Under the pieces are notes generated by a model. The model was given only the letters and a program-made list of their open reading frames with translations, was not told where the DNA came from and ran no database searches. Below are positions 39,408 through 48,124 of a stretch of 64,000 nt of DNA, in pieces (within the stretch, counting starts at the first letter, position 1; the number at the start of each line of letters is the position of its first letter). Location: assembly GCA_041287245.1 (NCBI GenBank), contig JBEULP010000046.1, forward strand, positions 1-64,000, written 5' to 3'. A program made the position numbers and the translations under genes. This stretch comes from Infirmifilum sp. Lineage in GTDB: Archaea > Thermoproteota > Thermoprotei > Thermofilales > Thermofilaceae.

Positions 39408-40310
39408 ATGTCAGAGCTTCCTTACCAGCTGATAGGCGAGCTTGCGACAATTTTAGCCTCTATCGCCTCCCTAGCATACTGGCTCGGCAGGAAATTCACA
39501 GAAATAGATTCAAGGTTCAGAGGAATAGAGTCTAGGCTGGATGGTGTCGACGAGAGGCTTGGAAGGGTAGAGTCTAGGCTGGATGATGTCGACGAGAGGC
39601 TTGACAACGCTGAGAAGGGTGTCGAAGCACTGAAAACCGACATGGAAATACTCAAGAGTAGGCTTGCCGGCGTTGATGATAGGCTTAGCAGAATTGAAGA
39701 AAGCGTTAAAAACTTGCAGGAGGATCTCGCGAAAGTCAATTCTCGGCTTACCAATGCTGAAGAAGGCTTCGAGCGCTTGAAAAGCGCTCTCCAAAAAGTC
39801 GAAGAGAGGCTCGATGGGATCGATTCAAAGCTTGCAGGTATCAACACCAAGGTTGAGAAGGTTGAGATAGACTTTAAGGCTTTGAGGAATGTGCTTCTGG
39901 ATTTAGTATCAACGGTTAGGAATGCTCAGGAATTCATGACGGAAATCATGTCATATGAGGGTGCCCTAAGCCAGAAAGGAGCTATCCTCGTGAAAGCTGA
40001 GCTAGGCAGGCTATACTCGTCACTGGTGGGCAGGATTAGAGGCAATCCTCTAACCAAGGAGGAGTTTGAGGAGATAGGAATCTACATAAAGAAGGATAGG
40101 CTAACCCTTGAGGAGGCCCAGCGGTTCAAAGAGCTGGCCTGGAAGCTCGTCCAGGAGTACTCCCACGAGATACCCGAGGTCTGGAAGTTTTACTGGTACG
40201 CGGTTGCATGGATAGGGTGGGCCGCCAGAATGGAGGAGGAAGAAGCTAAGAAGAAGACTCGGGAGACACAGGGGCAAAGCCACCAGTCGGGAGAGTCCTC
40301 CAACTTATGA
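39408..40310 (+). CDS. membrane-anchored coiled-coil heptad-repeat protein
   Basis: N-terminal TM (LASIASLAYWLGRKF), about 110 aa of RLDGVDE-type heptads, C-terminal GNPLTKEE domain. Confidence 0.8.
   Translation: MSELPYQLIGELATILASIASLAYWLGRKFTEIDSRFRGIESRLDGVDERLGRVESRLDDVDERLDNAEKGVEALKTDMEILKSRLAGVDDRLSRIEESVKNLQEDLAKVNSRLTNAEEGFERLKSALQKVEERLDGIDSKLAGINTKVEKVEIDFKALRNVLLDLVSTVRNAQEFMTEIMSYEGALSQKGAILVKAELGRLYSSLVGRIRGNPLTKEEFEEIGIYIKKDRLTLEEAQRFKELAWKLVQEYSHEIPEVWKFYWYAVAWIGWAARMEEEEAKKKTRETQGQSHQSGESSNL
39526..39603 (+). repeat. 36-bp direct repeat, 2 copies, 42-bp period, inside the coiled-coil gene
   Basis: tagagtctaggctggatg(g/a)tgtcgacgagaggcttg at 39526-39561 and 39568-39603, one mismatch. 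Confidence 0.9.
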
Positions 40311-40440
40311 CCTCACTCTCGCCTAAACGGCGTGGCTTTCAGTTGTCTTCTTACTAGAATCCTCATATTTTACCGTAGTAGGCCTTTCTGAGAATTAAGG
40401 GGGGCCTATAGGGAAGGTTTACCTCTGCGGCTTCTTCTCC

Positions 40441-41061
40441 CTAAAAAGGTATTCTGAGGAGTAGGGGGACGGGTAAGACGTAGAGGGTCAGGTAAAGCCA
40501 CAGGGAGTGTGCGATTCCAGAGGCGGGGACTCCGCATTTTTCAGCAACAGCCCCCATTACAAGCCCAACGGGCAGCGCAGCCAATATGAGGAGAGGCATG
40601 CCTGAAACAACGTGTATAAGTGAATATGGGATTGCGGAGGCCCACCATGGAAGCCTGAGGAAATCTTTTATTATGTAATCCTGAAGGAATCCTCGCCAGT
40701 AGACCTCCTCGCCGATCCCCAGCAATAGAATCCCCGCCAGCTGGATGAAGTCGGGCTTCACTGACTTATATACGGCTATCACCTGTTGCCACATCCCAGC
40801 AAATCTTGCGAAAACGCCTCCAAGTAGGAATACCAGGTAAAGCACGAGCGCCGCCGCGATAGAGACGACGGGCCAGTTCCTACTCCTGCTTTTCAGCTTT
40901 ACTCTCCCCAACAGAAGTACTGGTACAGCTAGGGTTGCAGCTACGAGAGTCATTGCCTCGACTAGGTGCTCTGAGGCTAGGCGAAAAGGTATTGGGAAGA
41001 GTAGCCATGGAAGGAGGAGCATAGCGTAGTCTGTTATCCGGAGTTTAGCCTGAGCGTACAT
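40441..41061 (-). CDS. CPBP (CAAX protease/Abi) family intramembrane metalloprotease
   Basis: GEEVYWRGFLQ, YSLIH, IAHSLW. Confidence 0.9.
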   Translation of the reverse strand: MYAQAKLRITDYAMLLLPWLLFPIPFRLASEHLVEAMTLVAATLAVPVLLLGRVKLKSRSRNWPVVSIAAALVLYLVFLLGGVFARFAGMWQQVIAVYKSVKPDFIQLAGILLLGIGEEVYWRGFLQDYIIKDFLRLPWWASAIPYSLIHVVSGMPLLILAALPVGLVMGAVAEKCGVPASGIAHSLWLYLTLYVLPVPLLLRIPF

Positions 41062-41087
41062 ACATGGGAAATGAAAACGGGGTAGAA

Positions 41088-41363
41088 TTATTCTTTACCC
41101 TGCAGCAACAACTCGACGCGTGTCAGCTCAGCCTCAACCCTCTCCAGCCTGGCCTCGATGTCCAGCAACGCGACGAACATCATAGACCCGAGAAGGTACG
41201 GGTTAGACATAGACTCTATAACGTGCGTCTTGCCAATCCACTTCGACTCTAACTGCTCGAAGGCACCTCTCTCCCGCGTGTCCAGGAGTTGCCAAAGCTC
41301 GCGCTTAATCCTTGAAACCTCCTCCCTCAGCCTAGAGGTGAAGCTGTGATTCACCCGTCCCAC
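41088..41363 (-). CDS. small alpha-helical protein resembling the conserved PolB2-associated archaeal protein
   Basis: MGRVNHSF...L.EE...L...ER.AFE.L...NP...LLD.E.RL..VE pattern (family recalled from memory); GTG start overlaps the upstream TAG. Confidence 0.6.
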   Translation of the reverse strand: MGRVNHSFTSRLREEVSRIKRELWQLLDTRERGAFEQLESKWIGKTHVIESMSNPYLLGSMMFVALLDIEARLERVEAELTRVELLLQGKE

Positions 41364-42025
41364 TAGAACCACCCCTCTACACCAGTAGCCTCGGATGTAA
41401 AGGTTCCACGCGCCTCCGGCCTCAAGGGGCTCTTGAGGAGCCTAGCCTCAAGGAAGGGACCTCTTGTTCTTCTAAGTTGGACGATGCTTGAGGCGAAGTG
41501 TAGTAAGTATGGTGGTGCATCGGGCAATCCTCTCCTGGTCTGGGATTCGTCGACAAAAATTACTAAGGGGAGTCCTCTCCTAAGAACCTCCCTCGCCCTG
41601 GAGAGGGCGGAGAGGAGTAAGGGATACTCCGCACTGCTAAACAGCCGTGTAACCCTGTAAAGCGCGACGAGGCCTGCGCCGGTAGCCTCTAATAGCTTGC
41701 CATAGTCTATGCTTGCGGCTTGTCTCTTATTATAAAGGGTCGCGAGGTATACGAGCTTAAGCCCAAGGGTGGGGTCAACCCCCTCGCCAAGCATGGCCTC
41801 GGCCAGGGAATAAGTGTCCAGAAGCTGTGACTCGTGGTAGTCGACGAACGATACGACGAGCGAACGTTCCCCCTTTGAAGCCCAGGTTGAAGCAAGCCTA
41901 TACAGTGATTTTTCAAGTAGTGCCCGGGGGCCGTAGATGAGCATGGCTGAGCCTGGTCGAACCTCTCCTAGGAGGAACTCTTCCCCGTTGCGCGCGAGAC
42001 CGGAGGCACGTGTAAACATGTTCAC
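41363..42025 (-). CDS. inactivated RadA/RecA-like protein
   Basis: RecA-fold layout (PGSAMLIYGP..., LHFASSIVQLRR...ARLLKSP) with the Walker A GKT lost. Confidence 0.65.
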   Translation of the reverse strand: MNMFTRASGLARNGEEFLLGEVRPGSAMLIYGPRALLEKSLYRLASTWASKGERSLVVSFVDYHESQLLDTYSLAEAMLGEGVDPTLGLKLVYLATLYNKRQAASIDYGKLLEATGAGLVALYRVTRLFSSAEYPLLLSALSRAREVLRRGLPLVIFVDESQTRRGLPDAPPYLLHFASSIVQLRRTRGPFLEARLLKSPLRPEARGTFTSEATGVEGWF

Positions 42026-42033
42026 ATGTGCCT
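42004..42033. promoter_or_regulatory. 30-bp imperfect palindrome over the start of the RadA-like gene
   Basis: AGGCACGTGTAAACATGTTCACATGTGCCT; 13 of 15 symmetric positions are complementary. Confidence 0.65.
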
Positions 42034-42128
42034 AAACGGGGTACAGGCAAATAAGAACTGCAGCTTCGTTGTCGGGGTGGGTAGTTTAGAAAAATAAATA
42101 CTTTTCGTACAAGGCTTCACTCTAACTT

Positions 42129-42314
42129 TTACTCGCCAAAGTCCGAGTATGGATAGTCTATTGTAAATGTATGCGGGTTTCTTGTCTTTACAAAGTATCC
42201 TATGAGCTCTGTTACAATCTCCTCAGGCGTCTTCCCAATCTCCCGTGCTATGGTTGCCAACTCAATGTACTGCTCCTCCGGTATTCCCAGCATGTGTTGT
42301 TTTTTGTCGACCAT
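42129..42314 (-). CDS. small ribbon-helix-helix (CopG-like) DNA-binding protein
   Basis: QHMLGIPEEQYIELATIAREIGKTPEEIVTELIGYFV fits the strand-helix-G-x-T-helix RHH pattern; start placed at ATG 42314. Confidence 0.65.
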   Translation of the reverse strand: MVDKKQHMLGIPEEQYIELATIAREIGKTPEEIVTELIGYFVKTRNPHTFTIDYPYSDFGE

Positions 42315-42534
42315 TAACTTGTCGTTGTTAAAACCTACTATTTTAGCTTTCTGAGACAAGATATGTAAAAAATACATAAAAATTCGGATTATTAATATAT
42401 TTATTCACAATGTACCCTGGAGATCATTTTACATTATTTCTCAGAACTGGGTCCCACTTGAAGATTTATTAAGGGTCTGCCTAAGGTGATGGGCGGAAAA
42501 CTTAACTATTTACCGTCTCTTGTGTACCTTGGCT

Positions 42535-43272
42535 ATGAACGCCTGCATCGTGGTTCAAGGCCTAGTTAAAACTTACGGTAAAACACAGGTTCTAAAGGGA
42601 CTAAGTTTCAGAGTGGGTGCCGGGGAGATCTATGGTCTCCTAGGCCCGAACGGGGCTGGCAAGACTACCACCCTTAAATCCATAGTTGGGCTTGTGAGGC
42701 CCGATGAAGGGGTTGTCGAGGTCTGCGGTTATAACGTCTCCACCCAGAGGGTTCAGGCACTGTCGAAAATCGGCTATGTGCCTGAGCTTACAGTGGGCTT
42801 TGACTATCTCACGGTCAGGGAGTTCCTCGAGTTCGTGTCCTCTCTCCGCGGAGTTGAGTGGCAGGGTGTAGAGGGGGAGGCTGAGAGGCTGGCCCGGGTT
42901 TTCGGCATTGAGGACTATATGGATGAGTTCATGGGTAGGCTTTCAAGGGGGACCGTCCAAAAGGCGTTAGTTATCAGTGCTTTGATGCATAAACCGCCCG
43001 TCTTAGTTATGGATGAGCCTACATCTGGGATGGATCCTGAGAGCCAGAAGACGTTCAGAGATGAGATTGTAAGGCTTGCATCTAAAGGGGCGGCCGTACT
43101 CCTTTCTAGCCACATGCTGTACAACGTCGAAAGGCTCTGCACCCGTGTGGGGATTCTCCACAAGGGCTTGCTTATAGCCGAAGGCAGTATTGAAGAGATA
43201 AGGGGGATGGCGACGGCGGGGGAGAACGCCAACCTTGAGGATGTGTTTCTAACTCTCACGCGGGGTGAGTAG
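42535..43272 (+). CDS. ABC-2 type transporter ATP-binding protein
   Basis: GPNGAGKTT, LSRG, MDEPTSGMDP, SSH, LEDVFL. Confidence 0.93.
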   Translation: MNACIVVQGLVKTYGKTQVLKGLSFRVGAGEIYGLLGPNGAGKTTTLKSIVGLVRPDEGVVEVCGYNVSTQRVQALSKIGYVPELTVGFDYLTVREFLEFVSSLRGVEWQGVEGEAERLARVFGIEDYMDEFMGRLSRGTVQKALVISALMHKPPVLVMDEPTSGMDPESQKTFRDEIVRLASKGAAVLLSSHMLYNVERLCTRVGILHKGLLIAEGSIEEIRGMATAGENANLEDVFLTLTRGE

Positions 43273-44834
43273 TGCTGAGGCCGTACACATCCATTATAAT
43301 CGCCAAGTATCTCGTTATGAATAGTCTCAATCCACTGCTGAGACGCCTTGCTGGGCGTATCGCTATTTTTTCGCTGCTCTCCCTTTTAGTCTTTTTACTG
43401 GCTATTCCGCTCCTCACCCCGAAGAACAGCGCAAGCTACCCAGAGTGGGTTCTTACGCTAAAGCTGAGCCGGAGCTACTTGACGGATGTTACAAGCGCTA
43501 CGCTAACACTAACTTTTCTCTTAACCTTGGTCCGTGGCAGACGTGAGATTGCTGCGTCGGAGGAGGCGGAGCACGAGCTGCTTCTAGCCTTGCCTGTCAC
43601 GATGTCCGACTACCTTCTCGGGAAAACCCTTTATTTCGCGTTGCAGACCCTTTTCTACACAATTCCACTCGTGTTCATGGCTGTTCCCCTCCTCTACAGC
43701 ATGGTTGGTTTTGACGTTATCAGGCCAATCTTCCTAATAATATCCCTTGTGCTTGCGGCAGTCTACTCTGAGACAGTCATAATGCTTGCTACTCTCCTGC
43801 GAATAACCTCTACAAGACAAGGCTTACCTGAGCTTGCTGGGTACTCCTACCTTGCAACCTCCCTCTTACACTCTGCTATAATTCGCCAAGTGTCCCCCCT
43901 CCTTGTCTGGCCTGCCGTGCCAGCTGTAAAGCCTATTATAGACGTTTTCTCGAGGCATGTTTCACCCCAGGAGCTTGGCTTGGAAGCTCTTCTCCTAGCC
44001 GGCTCTGTAATACTTCTCGTAGTCATTTTCTACGTCTTCTCTGGACGGATACACGCAGAATATGTGAGGCCGCTGCATGAAATCCTGCGTGACATCGGAG
44101 CTAAGAGGAGGAAGCCCTTGTCTCTAAAGGATCTATCCCCAGGAGACGCCGTTAGAAAAGTGGTCGTTTCTTTAAGCGTGGGAAGCAGAAACCACCTAAT
44201 ACTTGTGATACTAGGCTTCACCCTCGCAGCCTCTGTTGCAGCTGTACTCAGACATTTGGGGCTTCAAATCGACGCACTAACCCTATCATCCTTCGGTGTT
44301 GTCTTCCTCGCGAGTGAGGCAACAATCGCTAGCGCATTCACAGTGCAGAGAGACCTCTCCCACCTGTGGCTTTACAAGACTACGCCGGCTAGCCTAAAGC
44401 CTCTGACTAGGGCACTTCTACTAAAGACGACAATCTATTTAACGGAGGCTTTTATGGTAGTCTCCATCTTCCGCGCGTTCTACTCCTTGGATCCCGTGTG
44501 GCTCCTTGTTCCCATATCATCCCTTCCCGTGATCCTTTTCACCGCGCTAGCTATCCTCGCATTCCTCGTACGGATCGCCTCATCCCGTCGCTTGGTACGT
44601 TACTCCTCACGGGGCTTCTACATGGTGGAGGATATCGTAGCGACGGGGATAATGGGCCTGGCTACGCTAATGGCTATTGTGGACCTAACGCTCTACGAGC
44701 TGATGGTAGAGTACTCCCCGAACCTCTGGTGGCCGATCTACCTATCTCTAGCCTCGCTTGCAGCATCTCTAATCCTAACGAGGGTTGCTGAGGACATGTT
44801 GTACCGCCAGCTCTGGTATACGGATTTGCGCTAG
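43272..44834 (+). CDS. putative ABC exporter permease (about 12 TM)
   Basis: Highly hydrophobic; E.ELLLALPV...YLLGK; coupled to the ATPase gene. Confidence 0.8.
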   Translation: MLRPYTSIIIAKYLVMNSLNPLLRRLAGRIAIFSLLSLLVFLLAIPLLTPKNSASYPEWVLTLKLSRSYLTDVTSATLTLTFLLTLVRGRREIAASEEAEHELLLALPVTMSDYLLGKTLYFALQTLFYTIPLVFMAVPLLYSMVGFDVIRPIFLIISLVLAAVYSETVIMLATLLRITSTRQGLPELAGYSYLATSLLHSAIIRQVSPLLVWPAVPAVKPIIDVFSRHVSPQELGLEALLLAGSVILLVVIFYVFSGRIHAEYVRPLHEILRDIGAKRRKPLSLKDLSPGDAVRKVVVSLSVGSRNHLILVILGFTLAASVAAVLRHLGLQIDALTLSSFGVVFLASEATIASAFTVQRDLSHLWLYKTTPASLKPLTRALLLKTTIYLTEAFMVVSIFRAFYSLDPVWLLVPISSLPVILFTALAILAFLVRIASSRRLVRYSSRGFYMVEDIVATGIMGLATLMAIVDLTLYELMVEYSPNLWWPIYLSLASLAASLILTRVAEDMLYRQLWYTDLR

Positions 44835-44876
44835 AAAGCTAGGTTTAAATCCACCACTTTTTATAACAAGAGTTGG

Positions 44877-44971
44877 AGCCCGGTGGTGTAGCGGTCAAGC
44901 ATGGCGGGCTTTGGACCCGCAGAGCCTTTGAGGCGCGGAAATCCCGGGTTCGAATCCCGGCCGGGCTACCA
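44877..44971 (+). tRNA. tRNA-Gln(UUG) with an 18-nt intron at position 45/46 (44923-44940); CCA encoded
   Basis: Acceptor AGCCCGG/CCGGGCT, anticodon arm GCGGG-CT-TTG-GA-CCCGC, T-arm CCGGG-TTCGAAT-CCCGG, ACCA end; TTTAAAT about 30 bp upstream. Confidence 0.95.
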
Positions 44972-45079
44972 CTCTATTGTCTATAACGAATGACTAGGAT
45001 GACCCCGTGAACTCGCGGTATGAAAACCTCTTAAACAATAATTAAATATTTGATCTTAGCGTAAAATATGTGAGTTTGA

Positions 45080-45484
45080 ATGGAGGTTAAGAGCCTCGTA
45101 AAAAGGGAGCCTATTGTTGTAGAGCTCGGCACGCCTCTCAGGACTGCAGCCCAGATCATGGTTAAGGAGAACATAGGTCTCCTGCCGATAGTCTCCCCCG
45201 GTAACAACCGCAGGGTCATCGGAGTTATTTCCGAACGGGACTTTGTGAAGGCTTTTGCAACTCATAGAGGACTTGATGAGCTCAATGTGGAGGATGTCGG
45301 CACGATGAACAACATAGTAACTATTCGTGATGAGGAGCAGGTTTCGAAAGCTGCGGCGCTGATGTGCGAGAACAATATACGCCACCTAGTAGTCGTGGAC
45401 AAGGATGGGTTGCTTGTCGGCGTGATCTCCATAAGGGACATAATAAGGATAGAGGAGCTACTCAAGCTCACTTCCATGGCTTAA
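45080..45484 (+). CDS. CBS domain pair protein
   Basis: IGLLPIV...GVISERD and IRHLVVVD...GVISIRD. Confidence 0.95.
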   Translation: MEVKSLVKREPIVVELGTPLRTAAQIMVKENIGLLPIVSPGNNRRVIGVISERDFVKAFATHRGLDELNVEDVGTMNNIVTIRDEEQVSKAAALMCENNIRHLVVVDKDGLLVGVISIRDIIRIEELLKLTSMA

Positions 45485-45532
45485 TACTAATTCTTTCATA
45501 AAGTATTCATAGAAGCTTGACATTAGCCTTGC

Positions 45533-46816
45533 GTGTCGACCTCGGAGGAGTCTGTCGGGCTTAAACGCCAGCTTGGACTGCTCGACGCCCTATCGATCGG
45601 CCTGGGCGCTATAATAGGAGCTGGGATCTTCGTCATAATAGGACTGGCAGCGGGATTAGCAGGACCGGCGGTAGTATTATCCGTGATAATCGCTGGTGTA
45701 AGCGCCTCCTTCACAGCGCTGAGCTTCTCAGAGCTCGGCGCAGCCCTACCGAGGGCCGGGGGGATATACGAGTACGGTCACACCCTTATACATCCAGCCG
45801 TTGGCTTCCTGATGGGATGGATGTGGGTTAGCGGAAACATTGTTCTAGGAGCTACTGCAAGCCTCAGTTTCGGATATTACCTTGTAAACGTCTTCCCGGC
45901 GCTTGAACCCAAGGTAGGGGCCATACTTCTGATTCTAGCTGTGACCATTATCAACATCGTAGGGGTGAAGTTGTCGGCAAGTGTTAATAACGTCTTCGTA
46001 CTAGGGAAGATACTCGTCTTGATAATCTTCGCCGCGATAGGGCTTCTCCACGTAAACCCCGCTAACTTCCAAAACTTCATGCCGAGAGGGCTTGGGCCAG
46101 TGTTTTCCGCTGCAGCCCTCTTCTATTTTGCATACATAGGTTTCCCCCGTGTAAGCACCATGGCGGAGGAGGTCGTCGAGCCCGAGAAGAATATACCCCG
46201 CGCTATAATCGGATCCCTCATAATATCCATGAGCATCTACATAGCTACAGCAGTCGCAGCAGTCGGGCTCGTCGGCTATGAAGCTCTTGCAGGTTCAAGC
46301 GCACCCATCGCAACCGCTGCTGAGAGTCTAGGACTAGCAACGTTGGTGGATGCAGGCGCGTTACTCGCGACCTTCAGTGTTACCCTCACATCCGCTATGG
46401 GGCAGTCAAGGGTTTTCTTCGCAATGGCTAGGAACAAGGAGATACCGTACTCGCTTTCAAGAGTCTCACGCAGGCTCGGTACGCCTGTAAACTCCATCCT
46501 GCTCTCGGGGATTATAATGTTAGTTCTCGTTCTAAGCATAGATATAACGGGTCTAGCATCCTTTACCAGCTTCTCCGTTCTCTTTACACACATACTTACG
46601 AACATAGCCGCGATAAGGCTCTACAAGGTTCAGCCCCCAAGGAAAGGCTCTGCGATTATGGGAATCCCGGTTCATGCGTATATAGGGGCTATACTAAGCC
46701 TAATCCTAAGCCTCAGCCTAGGGTTACAAACCGTCGCTGCTGGGCTAATCAACCTCGCCCTTTCTATTGCGTGGTTCTACGGATACAAAGCTTATGCTTC
46801 TATGAAGAGAGGTTAA
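45533..46816 (+). CDS. APC family amino acid permease
   Basis: GAIIGAGIF, ELGAALPRAGGIY, FAYIGF...AEEV..PEKNIPRAI. Confidence 0.95.
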   Translation: MSTSEESVGLKRQLGLLDALSIGLGAIIGAGIFVIIGLAAGLAGPAVVLSVIIAGVSASFTALSFSELGAALPRAGGIYEYGHTLIHPAVGFLMGWMWVSGNIVLGATASLSFGYYLVNVFPALEPKVGAILLILAVTIINIVGVKLSASVNNVFVLGKILVLIIFAAIGLLHVNPANFQNFMPRGLGPVFSAAALFYFAYIGFPRVSTMAEEVVEPEKNIPRAIIGSLIISMSIYIATAVAAVGLVGYEALAGSSAPIATAAESLGLATLVDAGALLATFSVTLTSAMGQSRVFFAMARNKEIPYSLSRVSRRLGTPVNSILLSGIIMLVLVLSIDITGLASFTSFSVLFTHILTNIAAIRLYKVQPPRKGSAIMGIPVHAYIGAILSLILSLSLGLQTVAAGLINLALSIAWFYGYKAYASMKRG

Positions 46817-46822
46817 AGCTAA

Positions 46823-47080
46823 TCATTTTAGGGAATATATTCTCAGTTTTTTAGATGGACAGGCATTAGCAAGAGGGCACTTCTCGCATACCATGTTACA
46901 AGCCAGTGCCTTCTTCTCCAGGTCAAGAACCTTGAGTTCGCGAAGCATCACCAGAATAAGCTCTACCCTCTCCCTGCTAAGCCCCGTAATCCTGCTTAGA
47001 GACTCAACATCCAAGGAACCGTGCTTAAGAACAGCTTCGAGAACCTTGCCGGAGTCTTCTTGAAAGCTATCCGAAACCAC
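46823..47080 (-). CDS. FeoC-like winged-helix protein with a C-terminal Cys cluster
   Basis: wHTH (LSRITGLSRERVELIL..L) followed by CNMVCEKCPLANAC. Confidence 0.7.
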   Translation of the reverse strand: MVSDSFQEDSGKVLEAVLKHGSLDVESLSRITGLSRERVELILVMLRELKVLDLEKKALACNMVCEKCPLANACPSKKLRIYSLK

Positions 47081-47148
47081 TCGCCAACACCCTGGATAAA
47101 ACTTCCCAAATATAAAAAGGTTATCTTTAACCCGGGTGAGGAGGATGG

Positions 47149-47988
47149 TTAAAGTTGTCCTTCAAGCCACCCGACTATATCTGAAGCCACTATATTCCAT
47201 TGAGGCTCATTTAGAATCTCATGCCTAAAGCCCTGATAGATGCGAAGCTTCTTGTCCGAGGAACCCAGCTTGTCGTATAGCCTCTTTGAAGCATCTGGCG
47301 GAACAAGACAGTCCTCACCTCCGTGCATAACAAGTGATGGGGTAGTGATTGACGGCACAAGCCTCCACACCCTGGATATGCCCTTTCCGAACTCGACTAG
47401 GAGTTTAACGGTGGGATCCTTGAAAACAAGAGGATCTTCAAGGTATTTTTTAATGACCGACTCATCGTGAGTAAGGCACTCTGTTCTCACGGGAAGTGGG
47501 ACTCTCCTCCTCGGCGTAACAAGGGCGAGAAGGTTTAGGAGGAAGGCTTGTGAAAATCTCGTCTGCAGCTTTACGGCAGCCCCGCTCGTTATAAGCCCCT
47601 TCAGCTCACCGGAGATCCGAGCTGCGACGTGGGTGGCTATTAGCCCACCCATGCTGTGACCAAAGAGGAAAACCTCTTTATTTCCAAACTCCTTCCTGAC
47701 CAAGTTATAGAAGTGGATTGTGTCTTCTATGAAGGCTTCGAAACTTGGTATGTACCCCTTCTCGCTCTTTGACAGACCATGCCCCCTCAAATCATACATA
47801 TAGTAAACGAAGCCCTCCTTAACCAGATACTCCCCAAAATGGGCATATCTTCCCGAGTGCTCGGCGAAGCCGTGGATGCCGAGCACAACAGCTTTCGGCG
47901 TAGTATTGGGTTGCCACAACCTAGCAATGGTCTCAAAGCCGTTCTCAAGTTTTACGTTTTTTATTTCTGCTCTCACGTTTTGTAACAA
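47149..47988 (-). CDS. alpha/beta hydrolase, lysophospholipase/monoacylglycerol lipase family
   Basis: HGFAEHSGRY, DLRGHG, GHSMGG, HGGEDCLV, RHEILNE. Confidence 0.95.
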   Translation of the reverse strand: MLQNVRAEIKNVKLENGFETIARLWQPNTTPKAVVLGIHGFAEHSGRYAHFGEYLVKEGFVYYMYDLRGHGLSKSEKGYIPSFEAFIEDTIHFYNLVRKEFGNKEVFLFGHSMGGLIATHVAARISGELKGLITSGAAVKLQTRFSQAFLLNLLALVTPRRRVPLPVRTECLTHDESVIKKYLEDPLVFKDPTVKLLVEFGKGISRVWRLVPSITTPSLVMHGGEDCLVPPDASKRLYDKLGSSDKKLRIYQGFRHEILNEPQWNIVASDIVGWLEGQL

Positions 47989-48124
47989 GCGCTTTTTATT
48001 TTAAAAACATTATTTCCTCATTTGTATTATAGGAAAACTCCCCTATAAAATTTACATAGTATTTTTATTTTTCTATAAATAAAAAACTATTTAAGCTGTA
48101 TAATTGTAAAGTTGAGAGGTTTTT

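Noticed and set aside
39526..39603. 36-bp repeat as a mini-CRISPR
   Set aside because: The spacer is only 6 bp, the period is in frame within a coiled-coil gene, and there are no cas genes.
44964..44971. GGCTACCA shared by the tRNA 3' end and the putative omega-RNA guide; possible att site or target
   Set aside because: Only 8 nt, expected by chance; no integrase or longer tRNA-end duplication was seen.
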